The notes beneath the pieces were generated by a model. That model was not told the DNA's origin. It saw only the letters and a program-made list of their open reading frames with translations, and ran no database searches. The translations under genes were made by a program, and so were the position numbers. 64,000 nucleotides of DNA from Isurus oxyrinchus (taxonomy: Eukaryota), in contig JANJGN010000016.1 in NCBI GenBank assembly GCA_026770705.1, positions 86,552,001-86,616,000 of the forward strand, written 5' to 3'. Below, piece by piece: positions 1-15,000 of this stretch. Every line of letters begins with the position of its first letter. Position 1 is the stretch's first letter.

Positions 1-3000
1 TCCCGGCATCACCTAGCCCCCCACCCATGGCATTATCCAGGCCCCCAACCCACGGCATCACCCAACACCAACCACCGGCATTACCCACTCCCCCATTCCT
101 GGCTTCACCCAGCCCCCCATGTCTGGCATCACTCACCCCCTCATCACCGGCATCACCAACCCCCCATTCCCGGATCACCTATTCCCTCACCCCCGGCATC
201 ACCCACCATCCCATCCCTGGCATCACCCACCCCACCACCACCGGCATCACCCACAACATCCACCCCCATTCCCGGCATCACCAACCCCACCAACCCTGGC
301 ATCACCCACTCCCGGCATCAACCATCCCCCTAAACCTGGCATCACCCACCACCCCCAGACCCGTCATGACCCACCTTCTCATCCCAGGCAACACCCACAC
401 CCCCTACCCCGGCATAATCCACCCCCTCACACCCGGCATCATCCAACACCCCATCTCCGGCATTACCCACTCCATCACCCCCGGCATCACACAACCCCCC
501 CACCCAATGATCACTCACCCACCACCCTCGGCATCACCAACACCCCCACCCTTGGCATCAACCACGTCTCCACCCTCGGCATCACCCACCCCCTACCCCC
601 GGCAACACCCATGCCCACAAACCCGACATCACCCACCCCCTCAACCCCTGCATCACCCACCCACCCCACCCCTGGCATCACCCATTCCCCCAACCCCGAT
701 ATCACCCACCCCCTACCCCAAGCATCACCCATGCCCACAACACCGGCATCACCCACCCCCTCACCCCCGGCATCACCCGGCCCCTCACCCCCAGCCTCAC
801 CTATTTCCCCACACCCGGCATCACTCATCCCCTACATCCCCAGCATCAGCCAAACCCTGAACCCCGGCATCACCCACAACACCCACCACCACTCCCGGCA
901 TCACCCACACCCCCTACTCCGGCATCACCCACCCCCTCACACCTGGCATCACCCACACCCCCACGCCCACTCCCGGCATCACCCACGCCCACAACACCAG
1001 CATAACTCACCCCCTCACCCCCGGTATCACCACCCCCGACACCAAGCAACACCGACGCTCACAAACCTGGCATCACCCATCCACCCCACCCCCGGCATAA
1101 CCTATTGCCCCACCCCTGGCATCACCCACCCCCTCACCCCCGGCATCACCCAGCCCCTCACCTCCGGCCTCACCTATTTCCCCACACCCGGCATCACCCA
1201 CACCCCCTACTCCGGCATCACCCACCCCCTCACGCCCGGTATCACCCACTCCCCCCCCCACTTCCGGCAATAACAACTCCCTCACCACTGGCATCACCCA
1301 ACCCTCACCCACGGTTTACTCACCCACACCCCCAGCATCAGCCACCCAAACTTGGCATCAGCCACCCCCAGCAACACCTACACCCCCAACACAAGCATCA
1401 CCTACCCACGCCGGGCCTCACCCACCATCTCAGCTCCAGCACCACCCACACTATCAACACCGGCATCACAACACCCCTCACAACCGGCATCACCTGCCCC
1501 TCCAACCCCAGCATGGCCCACGACCCCACCCCTGGCATCACTCAAACCCCCACCCCATCATCACCCACCCACTCACTCCTGGCATCACACACCCCACCGC
1601 CCCGGCATCACCCAACCCCACACCCCCGACATTACCCAACACCCCATACCTGGCATCACACACCACCTCACCCCTGGCATCACCCACGCCCTCACCCCCA
1701 GCATTACCTACCATCTCAGCCCCGGCATCACCATACACCCCACCCCCGGCATCATCCACCCCCCCCCACCACCGCGGGCATCACCCATCCCCTGCATGAC
1801 CCATCACCACAGCCCCAGCATCACCAACCCCCAACCTCTGGCATCATTCACCCCCGGCAACACCCACCCCCCACCTCCGGCATCACCCACCACCCCCAAC
1901 CACGGCATCAAATAACCCCTCACCCCGGGCTTCACCCAACACCCCAGAACCCCAGCATCACCCACCACTGCACTCCCGGCATCATAAATCCCCCCCACCC
2001 CAGCATCACCCACCCACTCACTCCTGGCATCACACACCCCACCGCCCCCGGCATCACCCATCCCCTCACCCCCGGCATCACCCACCATCTCAGACTCGGC
2101 ATCACCCACCCCACAACCCTGGTATCAACCACTACCCAACTCCCGGCATCATCAATCCCCCCCTCACCCCCAGCATCACCCACCCCACAAACACTGCCAT
2201 CACCCACCCCACAAACACTACCATCACCCACCCCACAAACACTGCCATCACCCACCCCCGGCATCACCCACTACCCCCACCCTTAGCAGCACCCACCCCT
2301 CACTGCCAGCAACACCCACATCCCCAACACTGGCATCACCCACTGCACCCCCCCCCCACTCCCAGCATCACCCACAACACCACCACCGGCATCACCCACA
2401 CCCTCACCCCCATCAACACCCACCCCCCAACACTGGCATCACCCACACACCCCACTCCTGACATCACCCACCGTACCACCTTCGGCATCACCCACCACCC
2501 CCCCACACCCGGCATCACCAAGCTCCCCACCCACGGCATTATCCAGGTCCCCACCCACGGCATCACCCAACCCCCAACCACCGGCATCACCCAACACCCC
2601 ATCTCCGGCATTACCCACTCCATCACCCCCGGTATCACCAACACACCCACCCTCGGCATCAACCACGCCCCCACCCCCGGCATCACCCACCCACCCCACC
2701 CCCGGCATAACCTATTGCCCCACCCCTGGCATCACCCAACCCCTACCCCAAGCATCACCCACGCCCACAACCCCGGCATCACCCACCCCCCCCCACACCC
2801 GGCCTCACCTATTCCCCCACACCCGGCATCACCCACCCCCTACACCCCCGACATCGGTCAAGCCCTGAACCCCGGCATCACCCACAACACTCACCCCCAC
2901 TCCCGGCTTCACCCACACCCCCTACTCCAGCACCACCCGCCCCCTCACGCCCGGCATCACCCACAACCCCACCCACGGCATCACCCACTCCCCCACTTCT

Positions 3001-6000
3001 GGCATTAAAAACTCCCTCAACCCTGGCATCACCCAACCCCCATCCATGGTTCCCTCAACCCCACACCCAGCATCAGCCACCCCCCCAAACCTGGCATCAA
3101 CCACCCACAGCATCACCCACCATCTCAGCCCCAGCATCACCCACACCCTCACACCCAGCATCACACACGCCCCCACCCCCGGCATCACCCACCCACCCCC
3201 CAAAACACGGCATCATCCACCCCATCACCCCTGACATCACTCAAACCCCCACCCCAGCATCACCCAGCCCCTCACTCCCGGCATCACACCCCCCACTGTC
3301 CCTGGCATCACCCAACCCTGCACCCCCGACTTTACCCACCACCCCATACCTGGCATCACACACCACCTCACCCCCGGCATCAACCACCCCCTCACCCCGG
3401 CATTACCCACCCCCTACACCAGGCAACACCCACCTCACAACACCGGCATCAAACACCCCCCCACATCTGGCATCACCCACTCCCCTACCCCAAGCATCAC
3501 CCATGCCCACAACACCGGCATCACTCATCCCCTCACCCCCGGCATCACTCCCCCCACCCACGGGCCCCTCACCCACCACCCCGGCATCACCAAAACCCCC
3601 ACCCTCGGCATCAACCACGCCACCATCCACGGCATCACCCACCCCCTACACCAGGCAACACCCACGCCCACAAAACCGGCATTACCCACCCCCTCAACCC
3701 CGGCATCACCCAGCCCCCACCCTGGCATCACCCCTCCATACCCCAAGCATCACCCACCCCCGGCATAACCCATCGCTCCACCCCCGGTATCACCAACCCT
3801 CCACCTCCGGCAACACCCACCACACCCAACCCCAGCATCACATACCCCCTCAACCTCAGCATCACCCACCACCCCACTCCCGGCATCATAAATCCACCCC
3901 CCCACCCCCAGCATCACCCACCCCCCAAAACACTGCCATCACCCACTCCCGGCATCACCCACCATTCCTTCTCCCAGAATCATCCACACCACCACAACCG
4001 ACATCACCCACAACCCACACCCCCACACCCGGCATCACCCACCCCACCAACCCTGGCATCACACAACCCCGGCATCACTCACCCCCCTACACCCGGCATC
4101 ACCCACCCCACCAACCCTGGCATCACACAATCCCGGCATCACCCACCACCCTACACCCAGCATCACCCACCACCCCCAGCCCCGGCATCACACACCCTCT
4201 CATCCCCAGCAACACCCACACCCCCAACACTGGCATCACCCATCCCAACACGACTGGCATCACCCAAAACCCCCACCCCCTCCCCTATTCCTGGCACCAC
4301 CCACACCACCTACCTCTGTACCACTCAAACCCTCACGCCTGGCATCATCCACCCATCCACCCCAGGCATCACCCAATGCCCCATCTCTGGCATTACCCAC
4401 TCCATCAAACCCGGCATCACACAAACCCCCACCCACGGGTCCCTCACCCACCACCCCTGGCATCACCAACACCCCCACCCGCGGCATCACCCACCCCCTA
4501 CCCCAGGCATCACCCCCACCACACCCATGGCATTACCTATTGCCCCACCCTCAGCATCACCCACCCCCTCACTGCCAGCAACACCCACACCCCCTTCTCC
4601 CAGCATCACCCACCCACCCAACCCCCGGCATTACCTATTGCCCCACCCCCGGCATCACACACCAACTCACGACCGGTATCACCCACCCCCCCCACTTCTG
4701 GCACTAACAAGTCCCTCACCCCTGGCATCATCCAATCCCCACCCACAGTTCCCTCAGCCCCACCCCCAGCATCAGCCACCCCATCAACCCTGGCATCACC
4801 CACCCCCGGCATCACTCACACCCTCTACCCCGTGCATCACCCACCAACCCCACCCCTGGCTTCACCCACACCCTCACCCCTAGCAACACCCACACCCCCA
4901 ACACTGGCATCATCCACACACCCCACTCCCGGCATCACCCACCACAACACCCCTGGCATTACCCACTCTCCCACCCTTGGACTCACCCAGCCCCCCATTC
5001 CCGGCATCAACCAACCCCCCACCCCCGGCATCACCCACCCCCCTACCCCAGTCATCGCCCACGCCCACACCGACACCACTCACCCCCTCACCCCCGGCAT
5101 CACGCACCACCCCCACATCTGGCATCACCTATTCCGCCACCCCCGGCATCATCCATTATCACATCAACGGCATCACCCACCCCCTTACCCCAGGCATCAC
5201 CCATTTCCACAACTCCGGCATCACCCACCTCCCCACCCCCGGCATCAACCACCCCCTCACCCCAGGCATCACTCAAACCCCCACCCCGGCATCACACAAA
5301 CTCTCACTGCCGGCATCACCCACACCCCCACCCCTGGCATCACTCAAACACCCAGCCCGGCATCACCCACCCTCTCACTCCCCGAATCACCCACCCTACC
5401 ACACATGGCATCACCCAGCCCCTCACCCCCGGCATCACACACCCCACCACCGCCGGCATCACACACCCCCTCACCCCTCGCATCACCCACCACCTCACCC
5501 CCGGCATCACCCACACCATCAGCCCCGGCATCACACATCACATCAGCCCCGGCACTACCCACCACCCCCCATACCTGGCATCACTCCCCTCCCCAACCCC
5601 GGCATCACCCACCCCCTTACCCCTAGCATCACTCCACCCTCACCCGGGCATCACACACCCCACCACCGCCGCATCACCCACACCTTTACCCCCGGCAGCA
5701 CCCAACCCCTCACCCCCTACATTACCCACCCCCCATACCCGGCATCACCCACCCCCTCAGCCCCGGCATCACACATCACTTCACCCCCGGCACCACCCAC
5801 CACCCCCCACACCTGGCATCACTCACCTCCCCAAACCCGGCAGCACCCACACCCTCACCCCTGGCATAATCCATCACCTCCATCCTTGGCATCATCCAAC
5901 CCCCCATCCACGGCATCAACCACCTCTCACCCCTGCCATCACTCAAACCCCCACACCGGCATCACAAAACACTCACTCCCGGCATCACCCACCCACCCAC

Positions 6001-9000
6001 CCATGGCATCACCCACCCCCTTATCCCCTGCATCACCCAGCCCCTTACCCCCTGCATCACCCAGCCCCTTATCCCCTGCATCACCCACCCCCCTACCCCA
6101 TGCATCACCCACCCTTTTACCTCCTGCATCACCCACACCGTCACCCCTGGCATCACCCACACCGTCACCCCTGGCATCACCCAACCCCCCCGTCCCTGAC
6201 ATCAACACCCCATCCAACCCCGGCACGACCCACCCGCCCACCCCAGGCAACACCCACCACCCCCACGCCCAACATCACACACCTCCTCACCCCTGGCTTC
6301 ACCAAACACCCCACCCCACCGGCATCACCAACTCCCCCACTCCCAGCATCACAAACCCCCCCACCCCCAGCATCACCCAACCTCCAACTGTGGCACCACC
6401 GACCCCCGGCATCACCCACCCCCCCAACCCCCGGCAACACCCACAACCCCCACACCCAACCCCGGCATCACCTATCACCCCCACCCCCGGCGTCAACCAC
6501 CCCTCAGTCCCACCACCAACTACACACCCAAAATTGGCATGCCCACCACCCCACTCCCGGCATCACCCACCCCACCACCCCCGGCAACACCCACAACCCC
6601 CACCCCCAACCCCGGCATCGTCCACCCCCCCCAACCATGGCATCACCCACACCCCCACCCCCGGCATCATCCACCCCCATCCTCCATGCAACACCAACCC
6701 TCTTACCCCTGGCATCGCCCCCCCACCTTATCCCTGGCTTTACCCATCCACACCAATCCTCGACATCAACCACACATTCATCCCCGGCAACACCCATTCG
6801 CCCACCCCCGGCATCACCCAGCACACGAACCACCAGCATCATCCAAACCCCCACCCCCACCCCCACCCCCAGCATCACTCACACGCCCAAACCCGGCATA
6901 AACCACCACCTCCACCCCTGGCATCACACACCCCCCCATCCCCTGCATCAACCACAGTCCCCCCAACCCCGGCATCACCCAACCACACCACTACCCCCGG
7001 AATCATCCACCGCTTCACTCCAGGCAGCACCCAACCCCTCACACCCAGCATCACCCAGCACCCCCACCCACAGCATCACCCACCCCTTCACTGCCAGCAA
7101 CACCCACCCCCCCAACTCTGCCATCACCGTCCCCTGTCATTACCCAACCCCACCCCATACCTGGTATCACCCACCCTATCACACCGGCATCACACACCCC
7201 ACTACCCCCGGCATCACCCACCCCCACACCCCCAGCATCAGCCAGCCACTCAACACCGGCATTACACACCGCCCCATACCCGACATCACAACACCCCGCA
7301 CCCCCGGCATCACCGACACCCCCCAAATCTGGCATCATGAACCCCCCCAAATCAATGGCATCACCGACCCTCAGTATCACCCACCCCCTCACCACAGGCA
7401 GCACCAACCTTCCCCACCCCCAACATCACACACCTCCTCACCGCTGGCTTCACCAAACACCCCACCCCACCGGCATCACCAACTCCCGCACTCCCGGCAT
7501 CACCCACGCCCCCATCCCCAGCATCAGCCAAATCCAACCGGGGCATTGCTGACCCCCGGCATCACCCACCCCCCTACCCCCGGCACCGCCTATCAACCCC
7601 AACCCAGGCAACACCCACCTTCTCACCCCCAGCAACACCCACACCCCCCACACTGGCTTCGCCCTCCCCACCACTACCGGCATCACCCAAAACCCCCACC
7701 TCCACCCCTACTCCTGGCACCACCCACACCCCCTATCCCAGCACCACCTCATGCCCAGCATCACCCACACCCCCACTTCTGGCATTACCCACTCCATCAC
7801 CCCCGGCATCACACAACCCCCCACCCATGGGTCCCTCACCCACCACCCCCAGCATCACCAACACCCCCACCCTCGGCATCAACCATGCCCCTACCCTGGC
7901 ATCACCCACCCCCTACACCAAGCATCACCCATGCCCACAACCCCAAAATCACCCACCCCCTCACCCCGGCATCACCCACACCCCCACTTCCGGCATTAAC
8001 AACTCCATCACCCCTTGGCAGCACCCAATCCCCACCCATGGTTCCCTCACCCCCACCCCCAGCATCAACCACACCCACCCCAACCCTGGCATCACCCACC
8101 CCCGGCATCACCCACCCCCCTACCCCGGGAATCACCCACACATCCCACTCCCGGCATCACACACCGCACCACCTTCGACATCACCCACCCCCTCCCCACA
8201 CCCGGCAACACCTAGCCCCCGCCCATGGCATTATCCAGGCGACCACCCATGGCATCACCCAACCCCAACAACCGGCATCACCCACACCCCCACTTCCGGC
8301 ATTAACAACTCCATCACTACTTGGCATCACCGAACCCCCACCCATGGTTCCCTCACCCCCACCCCCAGCATCAGCCACAGCCCCCAACCCTGGCATCATC
8401 CACCCCTGGCATCACCCACCCCCCTACCCTGGGCATCATCCGCCACCCCCACCCCCGGGATCACCCACCCTCTCACCCCAGACACCACCACTTCCTCTCA
8501 ACCCTGGCATCACCCACAGCCCCACACCCGGCATTACCCACACCCTCACCACCGGCATCACTCAAACCCCAGCCCAGCATCAAACACGCCCTCACTCCCA
8601 GAATCATTCACCCCACCACCCCCGGCATCACCCACCCCTAGCAACACCAAAACCCTCACCCCCAGCCTCATCCACCCATTCACTGCTTGCAACACCCATC
8701 CCGCCAACCCTGCCATCAACCAAACCAGACATTACCCGCCGCCCCCATACCTGGTATCACCCAACCCATCACCCCTGGCATCACACACCCAACCACCACC
8801 GGCATCACCCACCCCCACACCCCCAGCATCAGCCAACACCTCAAAACCGGCATTACACCCCCCCCATACCCGACATCACCATTTGCCGCACCCCCGGCAT
8901 CACCGACACCCCCAACTCTGGCATCACCAACCCCCCCAACCAATGGCATCACCGTCCCCCAGTATCACCCACACCCCACCCCAGGCAACACCCACCACCC

Positions 9001-12000
9001 CCACCCCAAACATCACACACTGCCTCACCACTGGCTTCACCAAACACCCCAAATCACCGGCCTCACACACTCCTGGCATCACCCACCACCCCCCACCCCC
9101 AGCATCACCCACACCCCCAATACTGGCATCACCCACACACCCCACTCCCGGCATCACATCCCCCCACCAACTGCATCACGCACCCTCTCACCCCCGACAC
9201 TATCACACCCCCCAACACCGGCATCAACGACACCCCCACCCCTGGCATCACCCGTACCCCCAACCCCGGCATCACCCACATCCTCACCACCAGCATCACT
9301 CAAACACCCAGCCCGGCATCACCCACCCCCTCACTCCCAGAATCACCCAACCTACCACCCATGTCATCACTCACCTCCTCACCCCCGGCATCACACTCCC
9401 CACCACCCCCGGCATCACCCACCCCTTCACTGCCAGCAACACCCACACCCCCGACCTTACCCATCCCCCCATACCTGCTATCACCCACGCCATCAACCTC
9501 GGTATCACACACCTCACCACCCCCGGCATCATCCACACCTATAACCCCAGCTTCAACCAACCACACAACACCCGGCATTACCCACTCCCCCATACCCGCC
9601 ATCACCAGTACCCCCACCCCCGGCATTGCACACCCACCCACCTCTGGCATCACCAACCCCCTCAAACAACGGCATCACCCACCCCAGCATCACCCACCCC
9701 CATACCAGGCAACATCCACCACCCCCACCCCCAACATCACACACCTCTTCACCACTGGCTACACCAAACAACCCACCCCACCGGCATCACCCACCCCCCC
9801 ACTCCCGGCATCACCCACCACCCCACACCCCCAGCATCACCCACACCCCCAACACTGGCATCAACCACACACCCCACTCCTGGCATCACCCACCAGCCCA
9901 ACCCCGGCATCACCCAGCCCCCACACCCGGCATCACCTATCCCCTCACCCACGGCATTATCCAGTCGCCTTCCCCCGGCATCACCCAACCCCAACCACTG
10001 GCATCAGCCATACCCACACCTCTGGCATTACCCACTCCCCCATCCGCAGCATCACCCAGCCCCCTATCCCCGGCATCAAAAACCCCCTCACCTCCGTCAT
10101 TTCCCATCCCCCAACCACAGCTTCACCTATTCCCCCGCCCCCGGCATCACCCACCATCCCATCCTCGGCAACACCCACCCCCCTAAACCATACATCACCA
10201 ATGGCCACAAGCCCAGCAACACCCACATCCCCAACCCTGCTATCACCCACCCCCGACATTGCCCAACCCCCCATACCTGGTATCACCCACCCCATCATCC
10301 ACGGCATCATCCACACCTACACCCCCAGCATCACCCAACCACAAAATAAGGCATTACCCACTCCCCCATACCCGCCATCACCACTACCCCCACCCCCGGC
10401 ATCACCCACCGCGTCACCCCAGGCATCACCCAACCCCCCCATCCCTGACATTAAACACCCATCCAACCATGGCACGACCCACCCCCTCACCCCATGCAGC
10501 ACCCAACACCCCCACCCCCAACATCACACATCTCACCCCTGGCTTCACCAAACACCCATGCCAACTATGGCATCGCCGACCCCCGGCATCACTCACCCAC
10601 CCCTACCCCCGGCATCACCTATCAACCCCAACCCCAGCAACACCCACCTTCTCACCCCCCAGCAACACCCACCCACCCCACCCCCAGCATTACCTTTTGC
10701 CCCAACCCTGGCATCACCCATGCCCCAAGGCTCAGCCGCACCTATTCCCTCACACCCGGCATCACCCACACCCCCTAATCCGGCATCACCCACCCCCTCA
10801 CGCCCGGTATCACCCACTCCCCCATCCCCGGCATTACCCACACCCCCAATTCCAGCATTAACAACTCCATCACCCCTTGGCATCAGCCAACCCCCACCCA
10901 TGGTTCCCTCACCCCCACCACCAACATCAGCCACCCACCCCAACCCTGGCATCACCCACCCCCAGCATCACCCACCCCCCTACCCCGGGCATCACCCACA
11001 CACCCCACTCCTGGCATCACCCACCGCACCACATTCGACATCACCCACCCCCTTCCCACACCCAGCAACACCTAGCCCCCCACCCATGGTATTATCCAGG
11101 CCACCACCCACGGCATCATCCAACCACCCAACCCCAGCAGCAACCAGCCCCCACACCTGGCATCACCTAGCCCCCCACCCACGGCATTATCCAGTCCCCC
11201 TCCCCCAGGATCACCCAACCACAAACACCAGCATCACCCATATTCCCACGTCTGGCATTATCTGCTCCCCCACCCCACCATCACCCTCCCCCCACCCACA
11301 GCGTCACCTATTCCCCCACACCCGGCATCGCCCACCCCCCTAACCCATGCATCACCCATGCCCACAACCCCAGCATCAACCCCGCCCCCCCCATCCCCGG
11401 CATCAAGCACCGCCCCCCCACCCCCCACCACCTCCATCATCACCTATCCACACCCTCACCCCTGGCATCACTCAAACCCCCACCCGGCATCACACAAAAC
11501 TTCACACTTGGCATCACCCATACCCCCACCACTGGCATCACCCAACCCCTCCACCCCCGGCATCACCGACCCTCTCAACCCTGGCATCACCCATACCCCC
11601 ACCACTGGCATCACCCAAACCCCCACCCCCAGCATCACCCACTCCCCCACCCCCGGCATCACTCACCTCCCCACATCGGGCATCATCCACACCCCCACCC
11701 CCAGCCTTACCCACCCCCCAACCCCGGCAACATCCACCCCCCTACCCCAGCCATCATCCACCCCCTTACCCCCGGAATCACCCACCGCGTCACCCCAGGC
11801 ATCACCCAACCCCCCCAATCCTGACATCAAACAGCCATCCAACCACGGCACGACCCACCCCCTCACCCCATGCAGCGCCCAACACACCCACCCCCAACAT
11901 CACACACCTCCTCACCCCTGGCTTCAACAAACACCCCATGCCACCGGCATCACCTACTCCCCCACTCCCGGCATCTCCCACTCCCCCATCACCAGCATCA

Positions 12001-15000
12001 GCCAAATCCAACTGTGGCATCGCCGACCCCTGGGATCACCCACCCCCCCTACCCCTTGCATCACCTATCAACCCCAACCCCGGCAACAGCCACCTTCTCA
12101 CCCCCGGCATCACCCACCCACATCACCCCCCGCATTACCTTTTGCCCCACCCCTGGAATCACCCACCCCCCAACCCTCAGCCTCACCTATTCCCCCACAC
12201 CCGGCATCACCCACACCCCGTAATCCAGCATCACCCTCCCCCTCACGCCCGGTATCACCCACTCCCCCACTTCCGGCATTAACAACTCCATCTCCCCTTG
12301 GCATCAGCCAACCCCCACTCATGGTTACCTCACCCCCACCCCCAACATCAGCCACCCACCCCAACCCTGGCATCACCCACCACCGGCATCACCCACCCCC
12401 CTACCCCGGGCATCACCCACACACCCCACTCCCGGCATCACCCACCGCATCACCTTCGACATCACCCACCCCCTCCCCACACCCAGCAAAACCTAGCCCC
12501 CCACCCATGGCATTATCCAGGCCACCACCCACGGCATCACCCAACCTCCTACCCCCGGTATTAGCCACACCCCCAACCCCAGCCTCACCTATTCCCCCAC
12601 ACCCGGCATCACCCACACCCTCTACCCCGGCATCACACAACAACTCACGCCCGGTATCACCCAGCCCCCCACTTCCGGCATTAACAACTCCCTCACCCCT
12701 GGCATCACTCAACTCCCACCCATGGTTCCCTCAGCTCCACCCCCAGCATCAGCCACCCTACCAACCCTGGCATCACCCACCCCAGCATCACCCACATCCC
12801 CTACCCCGGGCATCACCCACCATCCCCTCCCATGGTTTCAACCACACCCTCACCCCCAGCAACACCCACAAACCCAACACTGGCATCACCCACACACCCC
12901 ACTACCATCATCACCCACCGCAACACCCTCGGCATCACCCACCACCCTCCACACCCGGCATCACCCAGCTCCCCACCCACAGCATTATCCAGGTCCCCGA
13001 CCCAGGGCATCTCCCAACCCCAACCACCGGCACCACCCTCACCCCCTCCACAGGCATTACCCGCTCCCCCAAACCTGGCATCACCCACCACCCCACCCCC
13101 ATCATCAATCACACCCCCACCCCCAACATCACCCACACCCTCACCCCCGGCATCATTCAAACCCCCAGCCCGGCATCACCCACTCCCTCACTCATGGAAT
13201 CACACACCACATCAACCCCGGCATCACCCAGCCGGCAGGAACGAACACCTCACCCCCGACAATACCCATCTCCCCATACCCGGCAACACACACCCCCTCA
13301 CCCCTGGCATCACCTGCACCCCTACCCCCGGCATCACCCACACCCTCACCACCGGCATCACTCAAACCCCCAGCCCGGCATCACTCAACCCCTCACCCCT
13401 GGCATCATACTCCCCACCACCCCCGGCATCAAACACCCCTTCACTGCTTGCAACACCCATCCCCCCAACACTGCCATCAACCAAACCCGACATTACCCAC
13501 CGCCCCCATACCTGGTATCACCCAACCCATCACCCCCGGCATCATCCACCCCCACACCCACAGCATCAGCAAACCCCTCAACACCGGCATTACACACCCC
13601 CCCAATACCCGACATCACCATTCCCCGTATCCCTGGCATCACCGACACCCCCAACTCTGGCATCACCAACCCCCCCAGCCAATGGTATCACCCTCCCCCA
13701 GTATCACCCACCCCCCACCCCAGGCAACACCCACCACCCCCACCCCAAACATCACACACTGCCTCACCAATGGCTTCACCAAACACCCCACACCACCGGC
13801 CCCACACACTCCTGGCATCACCCACCAACCCGCATCCCAGCATCACCCACACCCCCACCCCTGGCATCACCCACACCCTCTACCCCGGCAACACACACCA
13901 ACTCACGCCCGGTATCACCTAGGCCCCCACTTCCGGCATTAACAACTCCCTCACCCCTGGCACCACCCAACCCCCACCCACGGTTCCCTCAGTCCCACCC
14001 CCAGCATCAGCCACCCCACCAACCCTGGCATCACCCACTCTGGCATCACCCACCATCCCCACCCCAGACTTCACCCACACCCTCACCACCAGCAACACCC
14101 ACACCCCCAACACTGGCATCACTCACACACCCCACTCCCGACATCACTCACCGCACCACCCTTGGCATCACCCACCACCCCCCCCACCCCCGGCATCACC
14201 TAGCTCTCCACCACCCCCAGCATCAAACACCCCTTCACTGTTTGCAACACCCATCCCGCCAACACTGCCTTCAACCAAACCCGACATTAACCACCGCCCC
14301 CATACCTGGTATCACCCAACCCATCACCCCTGGCATCACACACCCAACCACACCCGGCATCACCCACCCCCACACCCCCAGCATCAGCCAAACCCTCAAC
14401 ACCGGCATTACACACCCCCCCAATACCCAGCATCACCATTCCCCGTACCCCCGGCATCACCGACACCCCCAACTCTGGCATCACCAACTCCCCCAACCAA
14501 TGGCATCACCGTCCCCCAGTATCTCCCAACCCCACCCCAGGCAACACCCACCACCCCCACCCCAAACATCACACACTGCCTCACCACTGGCTTCACCAAA
14601 CACCCCAAACCATCGGCCTTACACACTTCTGGCATCACCCACCACCCCCCACCCCCAGCTTCACCCACACCCCCAATACTGGCATCACCCACACACCCCA
14701 CTCCCGGCATCACATCCTCCCAACAACTGCATCACGCACCCTCTCACCCCCGACACCATCACACCCTCCAACCCCGGCATCACACACACCCCCAGCCCTG
14801 GCATCACCCATAGCCCCAACCCCGGCATCACCCACACCCTCACCACCGGCATCACTCAAACCCCCAGCCCGGCATCACCCACCCCCTCACTCCCAGAATC
14901 ACCCAGCCTACCACCCATGGCATCACTCACCTCCTCATCCCCGACATCATACTCCCCATCACCCACAGCATCACACACCCTTTCAATCCCGGCAGCACCC

